A model generated the notes under the pieces. The model ran no database searches. It was not told where the DNA came from and worked only from the letters and a program-made list of their open reading frames with translations. A stretch of DNA of 64,000 nt, from positions 21,819 to 85,818 of the forward strand of contig JAAWJJ010000002.1 in NCBI GenBank assembly GCA_022796875.1, in the 5' to 3' direction. The position numbers and the translations under genes are program-made. The DNA is from Eubacterium sp. GTDB taxonomy: Bacteria > Bacillota > Clostridia > Lachnospirales > Lachnospiraceae. Position 1 is the stretch's first letter, and each line of letters opens with the position of its first letter. Positions 39,894 to 46,848 of this stretch are shown here, in pieces.

Positions 39894-41297
39894 ATGGAAA
39901 TCAGAACGACGACGCTGTCTTTAAATGAAAAACTGCAGATTTTATCCGACGCCGCAAAATATGATGTCGCCTGTACTTCCAGCGGCTCTGACCGCCGCGG
40001 GCAAAAAGGCCGGCTGGGCAACGCGTTTTCCGCCGGTATTTGCCACAGCTTTGCCGGGGACGGACGCTGCGTTTCTCTGCTTAAGATTTTACAGAGCAAC
40101 GACTGCATCTACAATTGCAAATACTGCATAAACCGCGCGGATAACGACTGCGTACGCACGACTTTTACGCCGGAAGAAATCTGTACACTTGTCGTAGAAT
40201 TTTATAAACGCAATTATATTGAAGGGCTTTTCTTAAGTTCCGGAGTTTGCAAAACGCCTGCCCACACGATGGAACTGATGTTTCAGACCCTGCACCTGCT
40301 GCGCACAAAATACCGGTTCAACGGCTATATCCATGTAAAAATGATTCCTTACGCTCCCGCAGAACTGATTGAAAAAACCGGATACCTGGCCGACCGTATG
40401 AGCATAAATCTTGAACTTCCGACCGCAGACGGACTAAAGGCCCTTGCTCCGCAGAAGAACCGCTCTTCCATCCTTCTGCCCATGCGCCAGATCCAGCAGC
40501 GGATCAGCGAATACCGGATGTCTGTCGGCAAACATCCGGCGCTGGAACGAAGCGCCGGCAACCGTTACTTAAAAGATACGATTTTTCATCGGCCTTCCAG
40601 CTTCCGGTTAGAGGAAAAGAACGCCCTTTCTGTCCCGCCGGCGTTTTCCCCGGTTTCAAATAAACCGTTTACTCCCGCCGGGCAAAGTACGCAGATGATC
40701 ATCGGCGCCACCGGAGAAACAGATTACCAGATCCTTGCCACCACGCAGGCTCTTTATCAGCAGTTTGACTTAAAACGGGTCTTTTATTCAGCTTATGTCC
40801 CGTTAAACGAAGAGGACGGGCTTCCTCCGATCGGCACTGCTCCGCCGCTGTTGCGGGAACACCGCCTGTACCAGGCGGACTGGCTTTTGCGTTTTTACGG
40901 TTTCCATGCCGAAGAACTGCTGGATTCCAAACGACCTTATTTTAACCTGGCTTTGGACCCGAAATGCGACTGGGCGCTCCGGCACCTGGAACAATTCCCC
41001 GTAGAACTGTCCACCGCCGATTACGGAACGTTAATGCGCGTTCCCGGCATTGGCAGCAAATCGGCGTTCCGCATTATCCAGTCACGAAAAACCGGCGCGC
41101 TGTCTTTTGCCGCCGTCAGAAAAATGGGCGTCGTCCTCAAACGCGCCCAGTATTTTATCACCTGCAATGGAAAAATGTATCAGCGAATCCGGCTGGAAAC
41201 AGATTTTATCCGCCGGCAGCTCATCGGCGACATCAGCCGCCAGGAATGGGATATTGAACATGGACAGGTTTACGAACAACTGTCTTTGTTTTCGTAA
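39894..41297 (+). CDS. putative DNA modification/repair radical SAM protein (TIGR03916-like, C-terminal HhH)
   Basis: N-terminal AAKYDVACTSSG, CIYNCKYC radical SAM cluster, and C-terminal LMRVPGIGSKSAFRI helix-hairpin-helix. Confidence 0.8.
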   Translation: MEIRTTTLSLNEKLQILSDAAKYDVACTSSGSDRRGQKGRLGNAFSAGICHSFAGDGRCVSLLKILQSNDCIYNCKYCINRADNDCVRTTFTPEEICTLVVEFYKRNYIEGLFLSSGVCKTPAHTMELMFQTLHLLRTKYRFNGYIHVKMIPYAPAELIEKTGYLADRMSINLELPTADGLKALAPQKNRSSILLPMRQIQQRISEYRMSVGKHPALERSAGNRYLKDTIFHRPSSFRLEEKNALSVPPAFSPVSNKPFTPAGQSTQMIIGATGETDYQILATTQALYQQFDLKRVFYSAYVPLNEEDGLPPIGTAPPLLREHRLYQADWLLRFYGFHAEELLDSKRPYFNLALDPKCDWALRHLEQFPVELSTADYGTLMRVPGIGSKSAFRIIQSRKTGALSFAAVRKMGVVLKRAQYFITCNGKMYQRIRLETDFIRRQLIGDISRQEWDIEHGQVYEQLSLFS

Positions 41298-41319
41298 ATC
41301 GATTAAAAAGGAGAAACTT

Positions 41320-42075
41320 ATGATCGTTTATACCTGTAAAGATACCTTTGAAGATATGATGACCTGCATTTATGAGGCCTGGGCGTCAAAAATAAACCAC
41401 AAAAACCTGCGGCTGGACATAGAACCTTACGGGAATCTGGAATTGTTCTGTGAATACCGCCATGTAGATGCCGACACGGAAAAAGCAAAAAAAGTGACGG
41501 CTTCCATAATAAATAAAATTTCTTCGAAAGCGTTCCGGATGGTGTTCCGCTGCGCCATGTCCATCCTCCCGAACAAACTGGATATCATTTACCGGTTCCT
41601 GCTGCTTGGATTTGCTTATCCTGACAAAGTAACTTCCATGCTTCAGCATCCTTACGTAAACGCTATTTTTGAAGCAAACCGAAAAGTTTTGAACGAAACC
41701 CACCTGTTCCGTGAATTTACCCGCTTTTCGGCCCTGCCAAACGGCATACTTGTAGCGCATATAGAACCAAAGTCCAATCTTCTTTCCCTGCTGTCCCCGT
41801 CTTTTGACGACCGGCTGCCCTCAGAAAACTGGATGATTATCGACGACACCCGGAAAATTGCGGCAGTCCATGAAGCGGACAGTGAAACCTGGTTTACTTC
41901 GTTAAGCGATAACGAGTTTTCCCGTTTAAAATATTCCGAAAAAGCTGAGGACCCGTTCATTGATATGTGGAAAACTTTTTTCCGTACCATTGCCATTAAA
42001 GAACGGGAAAACCCTGTCTGCCAGCGTACGCACCTGCCTGTCTGGTACCGCAAACATATGACGGAATTTCACTAA
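41320..42075 (+). CDS. DUF4130 / TIGR03915-family putative DNA repair protein
   Basis: MIVYTCKDTFEDMMTCIYEAW N-terminus is typical of the family. ATG 41320 follows AAGGAG. It is the constant partner of the preceding radical SAM gene. Confidence 0.7.
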   Translation: MIVYTCKDTFEDMMTCIYEAWASKINHKNLRLDIEPYGNLELFCEYRHVDADTEKAKKVTASIINKISSKAFRMVFRCAMSILPNKLDIIYRFLLLGFAYPDKVTSMLQHPYVNAIFEANRKVLNETHLFREFTRFSALPNGILVAHIEPKSNLLSLLSPSFDDRLPSENWMIIDDTRKIAAVHEADSETWFTSLSDNEFSRLKYSEKAEDPFIDMWKTFFRTIAIKERENPVCQRTHLPVWYRKHMTEFH

Positions 42076-42090
42076 ACGCTCCGTGGACAT

Positions 42091-43332
42091 TTACTCCGCA
42101 AGTACTTTATATAACAGATCCGCTAACGGTACCATTGCATTTTTGGCCTCCTCGCTCGTATTTGTCTGCGCCCCTACTTCTACCAGTAACGATTTCGGCA
42201 GGTAATGCATATTATAACGGTATCCCTTTAAATAAATCGGGCGCGTAAATCCCGGATAATATTCGGCTGCCGCCAGCTGAAGCTGAAAGGAAAGCGCCAG
42301 ATTGTCCGCTATGTATGGATTGGGCAGATAAGCGATATCTCCTGTACTTGTCGTATGGCTTAAGCCGTTAAAAAACATGATCGGCGCCGACACGGTTCCG
42401 TTCACTTCCGTCTGCATATGGGTACTTTCCGCTACGCCGTCCCGGTGCAGATCGATAATGACTTCGATTTCCGGATGCTCAGCCAAAATCTGTTCCAGGG
42501 ACTCCGCCGCTCTTGTATACGCCGTGCTCCTGCCCTCCAGATCATATGCTCCGGTATCGTGTATGACGGAAAACCCTTTTTCCTCCAATAACGCTGCCAG
42601 ATAATTTCCGACCCCTATTACCGTTGATTCCACGTCGCCTTCCACATGATCGGCATATTCCTCCTGAGAATGTGTATGATAAATCAAAATTGAAGTCTTC
42701 ATACTGCCGTCTTCATTTTTTTGCATATGCATGTCTTTCGCTAGCATTTCAGCTGCATTGAGCTGTTCCCTCGCAATCGTTGTCGTCTTATCCACCAGAT
42801 AAAAATTACTGATCAGATAATCAAAATCACTTAACTTTTCATAGGAATACTCGACTAACTTGGCCTGCGAAAGCTGCACTTCCTCTTCCTGCCTTTTCAC
42901 TTCTTCCGGCGGAGTATCTTCCGTTTGCGGCTCGTTTTCATCATGCGCCTCCTCATGTAAAATCTGTTCGTAGCTTAACGGGCTTTCGATTTCCGTCGCC
43001 ACATCACCTTCTTCGGCTTCTTTTAACCTGGATACCGTTTCGGTTTCTTTCGCCATAATCTGACTCGTATTGCCGTTTACGAACAATGATTTTAATACGC
43101 CCGCCAATGTGTCCTCCCCATGGTATCCGATCGCCGGGAATAAAGAAGCGTTTACTTTCTTTTCCAGAAATGCGCGGGCATAATATTTGGCATCGTCCCT
43201 GTTTTTCCTGCGGCCGTTTAACTGCAGCCCCAACGTCGCCACCATTACAAAAAGCAGTAATGCAAGAAACGGCAGTTTTTTTCTGATTCTTTTTTTTCCT
43301 TTTTTCTTTCTTTGCCTGATGACGCTTCTCAT
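42091..43332 (-). CDS. spoIIP: stage II sporulation protein P
   Basis: N-terminal TM segment and the ILIYHTHSQEEY motif. gpr-spoIIP synteny matches Bacillus. Confidence 0.82.
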   Translation of the reverse strand: MRSVIRQRKKKGKKRIRKKLPFLALLLFVMVATLGLQLNGRRKNRDDAKYYARAFLEKKVNASLFPAIGYHGEDTLAGVLKSLFVNGNTSQIMAKETETVSRLKEAEEGDVATEIESPLSYEQILHEEAHDENEPQTEDTPPEEVKRQEEEVQLSQAKLVEYSYEKLSDFDYLISNFYLVDKTTTIAREQLNAAEMLAKDMHMQKNEDGSMKTSILIYHTHSQEEYADHVEGDVESTVIGVGNYLAALLEEKGFSVIHDTGAYDLEGRSTAYTRAAESLEQILAEHPEIEVIIDLHRDGVAESTHMQTEVNGTVSAPIMFFNGLSHTTSTGDIAYLPNPYIADNLALSFQLQLAAAEYYPGFTRPIYLKGYRYNMHYLPKSLLVEVGAQTNTSEEAKNAMVPLADLLYKVLAE

Positions 43333-43520
43333 AATTCTCCTTATTTCACTGTTTCGAAGTTACTGACGCTGCCAGATACACCTGAAACTTCCCGGCAGCC
43401 GAATTACAAAAAAATCTTTGCCTAACTTATGGTTCAAGTGTACATTAATACTAATATATGAAAAAAGGAGATTCATTATGACTGCAATTTACAAACTGTT
43501 CTGGCCTGAAGCAGATTTTT

Positions 43521-44486
43521 TCATCCTGCCATGGCTTCGTCTGCAGCCGTCCCTAATGCAATTTCAATTCCGGACGCCAGCATCCTGCTCACACGCCGGA
43601 CCGATTCGTCTACGTCTTTCGGCGTCACAAACATCGAATTGAGCCCCGGTGATAACAACTCCCGGATCAGTTCCTGTTTTTCATTTTCATGAAATTTTTT
43701 TAAACTGTCACAAAAATCTGCAGACCGCTTATCGCTGCTTAAAGCATCCAGCAGATTCCACATCGTGTCATTAACGATCGTTACTGCATCCACTACCATC
43801 GGAATCCCGACAGAGATCACCGGCACGCCCAGGCTTTCTTTATTTATCGCCTGTCTGTGGTTACCCACCCCGGATCCCGGCGCGATTCCGGCATCCGATA
43901 CCTGGATCGTACGGTTTAACCGTTTCGCACTTCTTGCAGCCAGGGCATCCACTACAATGACCAGATTTGGCTTTGTTTCTTTCATTACTCCCAGAATGAT
44001 CTCCTGGCTTTCCATACCTGTCTGCGCCATCACGCCCGGCACCATTCCGCTGATCTGACATTCTTCTTCCCATCCAAATACATCTTTTCCGAACTCTTTT
44101 ACAAGATGGCGGTTCATGCTGATCTGATCCACAACACGCGGCCCTAACGAATCCGGCGTGACGTCCCTGTTCCCCAATCCTACTACCAGCACGGAAAGTT
44201 CCCGTACCGGCCTTGGAAACAGCGTGCGCAGAATTTCTGCAAATTCATTGGCCACATACTTCCGGTATTCCTCGTCATCCTCTGTCATTTCCGGCGCGTC
44301 CAGCGTAATGTAACTTCCTTTTGGCTTTCCCATGATCTTCGCACCGTTTTCCGTTTCAATCTTTACGGTTGTAAGCTTACATTCCATATCCAGTTTTTCT
44401 TCTTCGATAACTACTCCTTTAATTTCAACGTTATCTTTTTCAAAACGTTCTTTGGTTTCCAACGCAAGATCCGTACGAATTTCCAT
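43521..44486 (-). CDS. gpr: germination protease (GPR endopeptidase)
   Basis: MEIRTDLALE start and VVGLGNRDVTPDSLGPRVV motif. The track ORF extends to 44576; the shorter start matches clostridial GPRs. Confidence 0.85.
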   Translation of the reverse strand: MEIRTDLALETKERFEKDNVEIKGVVIEEEKLDMECKLTTVKIETENGAKIMGKPKGSYITLDAPEMTEDDEEYRKYVANEFAEILRTLFPRPVRELSVLVVGLGNRDVTPDSLGPRVVDQISMNRHLVKEFGKDVFGWEEECQISGMVPGVMAQTGMESQEIILGVMKETKPNLVIVVDALAARSAKRLNRTIQVSDAGIAPGSGVGNHRQAINKESLGVPVISVGIPMVVDAVTIVNDTMWNLLDALSSDKRSADFCDSLKKFHENEKQELIRELLSPGLNSMFVTPKDVDESVRRVSRMLASGIEIALGTAADEAMAG

Positions 44487-44619
44487 AATCCCATACCTTT
44501 CCCTGAAAGAATTAATTATTTCATTACAATACTTTTGGCTGCTTTCACAAAGTGGGGAAAGCACTGACAGTTTCACCGCTTCTTTTACAAAACGGCTTAC
44601 CCTGATAATTCTATAAGTA

Positions 44620-45209
44620 TGGCGGTGTAAAAAATATTATCTGCACTTCCGTTTTACCGACAGATTTCCAGGCTGTGCTGCCAGAGAGGGAAACATTGGA
44701 AGAATTTTTACAGTATCCCTTATCTCCGGGAAAATGGGCGAAATGGATTCCCCCGAGTTCACTGTCTGAGGTTTTCCTCAATATTTTGACGCGCCTGGGC
44801 GGGACATGTTTTTCTTCCTGGACAGCCTTTCTGGTTTTCCTAACAGCGGCGTCAAGCACGTTCGATGAGGGTATGCCTTACGAAACTCGGGACTGCCATA
44901 CCATAAGAAACAACATCCGGAACAGGTTCGTATGGCAGTCCCTCAGACAGTCGTCCGGCATACCCATTCGTGCTTTTCCTGCCGCTGATAAGGAAAACGC
45001 ACAAAAGACTTCCGATGGAAGAAAAACAAAAGTCCCGCCTCCGGCGCTTATTCTCCTGACGGAAAACCGAGTTTGAATCGGGGGAATCAAATCACACCCG
45101 CCCATTCCGGAGTTAGGGATACTTAAAAATTCTGGAACTGATTTCCCGGTTCTGGCAGCATAGCCGGAAATCCATGTTAAAAAAGTGCAGATAATATTTT
45201 TTATACCGC
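44620..45209 (+). repeat. 590-bp end-to-end foldback element: candidate large structured ncRNA or foldback MITE
   Basis: A 28-bp closing helix (44620-44647 / 45182-45209) is followed by at least 14 further nested helices down to the apical hairpin 44888-44900 / 44929-44941. There is no credible ORF. The strand assignment is tentative and rests on G-T wobbles. Confidence 0.6.
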
Positions 45210-45330
45210 CAACTTTTAGAAACTATGAATAAAGCCGTTCTGTAAAGAAACGCTTAAACTGTCAGCAGTTTCCCAACCCCATGAAAAGTAACCTTTCCTA
45301 CTATTTTTCACAAAAATCTTGCAAATATGT

Positions 45331-45359
45331 ATTGACAGATAAAAAAACCTGTTCTAGAA
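45331..45359 (+). promoter_or_regulatory. sigma-A promoter of rpsT
   Basis: TTGACA - 17 nt - TAGAAT. Confidence 0.7.
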
Positions 45360-45451
45360 TATATGAGTATGTTTACATTAGAACGTCCGTGTCCGGCTTT
45401 AATGAAACATAATCGTAAAAGAAAATTTTAATATGTTTGGGGGTGTCCGGA

Positions 45452-45715
45452 TTGGCTAACATTAAATCAGCAAAGAAAAGAATTAAAGTAACAGAAATAA
45501 AGACTGCCAGAAATAAGGCAATCAAATCAAAAGTAAAAACTTCGATTAAAAAAGTAGAAGCTGCTGTAGCAGAGAAAAATACCGAAGCTGCAAAAGCCGC
45601 ATTGGTAAATGCAATTTCTGATATTAACAAAGCCGCTTCTAAAGGTATTTATCATAAAAACAATGCTGCAAGAAAAGTTTCCCATTTAACAAAAGCCGTA
45701 AACAGCATTGCTTAA
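45452..45715 (+). CDS. rpsT: 30S ribosomal protein S20
   Basis: (M)[14 protein letters not shown]... is the canonical S20 N-terminus. TTG start at 45452 lies 6-7 nt after GGGGGTG. The track ORF starts at 45437. Confidence 0.93.
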   Translation: MANIKSAKKRIKVTEIKTARNKAIKSKVKTSIKKVEAAVAEKNTEAAKAALVNAISDINKAASKGIYHKNNAARKVSHLTKAVNSIA

Positions 45716-45727
45716 AACAAGCATACG

Positions 45728-45766
45728 AAAAAGCTGCCAGTTCCGTCATTCTGGCAGCTTTTTTGT
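45728..45766. terminator. bidirectional terminator between rpsT and holA
   Basis: AAGCTGCCAG-ttccgtcatt-CTGGCAGCTT flanked by AAAA and TTTT. Confidence 0.8.
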
Positions 45767-45779
45767 TTCATTTTCTATA

Positions 45780-46787
45780 CTATCCCGGCAAACTGCACAA
45801 AACCATCTCCACTGCCATCCGGTCTGTCAGCCGCCCGGTCTTTACCGCTTCTTCCAGTTCCACGCAATGCTTTACATATGCTTTTAAATGAGCCGTCTGA
45901 AACCTGGATGCCTGAGAAATATTTTTCCGGACAGCAAACTCCGGGATTCCCAGTTTTGATGCCATGGTTTTAGTATCTACATGTTTTTTTTGCATTTCAC
46001 GGATCTGCCACAGAATCCGGAACTGTCTGGCTATTAAAAACAGAATCCGCATCGGCGCTTCTTTTAACGCCAGCAAATCATAATACAGGTCCAGCGCCTG
46101 CTTTTGTTTTTGCATAGACAACGCCTCGATCATCTGAAAGATCTGGTTCGTTACCTGGCTGGTACAGATTTCTTCCACATCTTCCGCTTCAATCGAAGAA
46201 CGGCCGGACGTATAACAGATCAGTTTCTCCAGTTCCTTATCCATTCGTTCCATATCGGCGTCCGTTTTAGCTAAAAACAACTGCAGCGCCTGACGTTTCA
46301 TTGTGACGTTTTCTTTTTTCAGTTTCTGTCCGATCCAGCGGATCAGGACGTCCTCTCCCGGCGTGAGCGCTTCCAACGCACGCCCCGCCGCCTTGACGGC
46401 TTTATAAAGCTTGCCTCTCCGATCCACTTCCTTTTCCGCAAATACAAGCACCGTTGCTTCCGGAACCTCTTTCACATACTCCGCCATTTTCTCGTTTGCA
46501 TTTTTGAAAAATCCGGTATTCTCCAAAAGGATCAGCCGTCTGTCGCTGAAAAACGGCATGGTTTCCGCCAGATCGATCACTTCTTCCGCAGCCGTATCTT
46601 TCCCTTCAAAATAAGAATAATTAAACGTATCGTCTTCCGGCAGCAGCGCTTTTTTTAATTTGTCCCGGTATTGCCGAACCAGATAGGTTTCTTCTCCATA
46701 CAGCAGATATACGTTTGCAAATGTCCCGTTTTTGATATCTTCATCTATCTGCCCGATCATATCCTCTTTTTTTGCCACTCCGGCCAC
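45780..46787 (-). CDS. holA: DNA polymerase III delta subunit HolA
   Basis: 335 aa with VYLLYGEETYLV near the N-terminus. Position next to rpsT and comEC matches B. subtilis yqeN. Confidence 0.85.
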   Translation of the reverse strand: MAGVAKKEDMIGQIDEDIKNGTFANVYLLYGEETYLVRQYRDKLKKALLPEDDTFNYSYFEGKDTAAEEVIDLAETMPFFSDRRLILLENTGFFKNANEKMAEYVKEVPEATVLVFAEKEVDRRGKLYKAVKAAGRALEALTPGEDVLIRWIGQKLKKENVTMKRQALQLFLAKTDADMERMDKELEKLICYTSGRSSIEAEDVEEICTSQVTNQIFQMIEALSMQKQKQALDLYYDLLALKEAPMRILFLIARQFRILWQIREMQKKHVDTKTMASKLGIPEFAVRKNISQASRFQTAHLKAYVKHCVELEEAVKTGRLTDRMAVEMVLCSLPG

Positions 46788-46802
46788 CGCCTTTCCTTTC
46801 TT

Positions 46803-46844
46803 GCATGTTCTGTTTTATATGTTCTGCTTTGCATGTTCTGTTTT
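46803..46844. repeat. three tandem 14-nt repeats in the holA upstream spacer
   Basis: GCATGTTCTGTTTT / ATATGTTCTGCTTT / GCATGTTCTGTTTT. Confidence 0.8.
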
Positions 46845-46848
46845 GCCG

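Noticed and set aside
41050-41319. Upstream part of ORF 41050-42075, overlapping the radical SAM gene in another frame.
   Set aside because: The family N-terminus MIVYTCKDTFE with AAGGAG is at 41320. The upstream part is an out-of-frame overlap with a well-supported CDS.
43418-43642. + strand ORF with a good AAGGAG RBS (ATG 43469, MTAIYKLFWPEADFF...) in the spoIIP-gpr spacer.
   Set aside because: Most of it is antisense to the 3' end of gpr and it has no family resemblance. The RBS-like string may be fortuitous. It is not called, but a short peptide cannot be excluded.
44611-45105. ORFs inside the foldback element (44675-45076 +, 44611-44859 -, 44878-45105 -).
   Set aside because: They have no RBS, use non-ATG track starts, mirror each other because of the palindrome, and show no domain resemblance.
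44620-45209. Identity of the foldback element with RNase P RNA, tmRNA, SRP/4.5S-scRNA or 6S RNA.
   Set aside because: The diagnostic strings are absent: GAGGAAAGUCC and the ACAGAA P4 strands of RNase P, the tRNA-like GGGG...UCGA...CCACCA ends of tmRNA, and the GGAAGCAGCC domain IV motif of SRP RNA. The element is about three times the length of 6S RNA.
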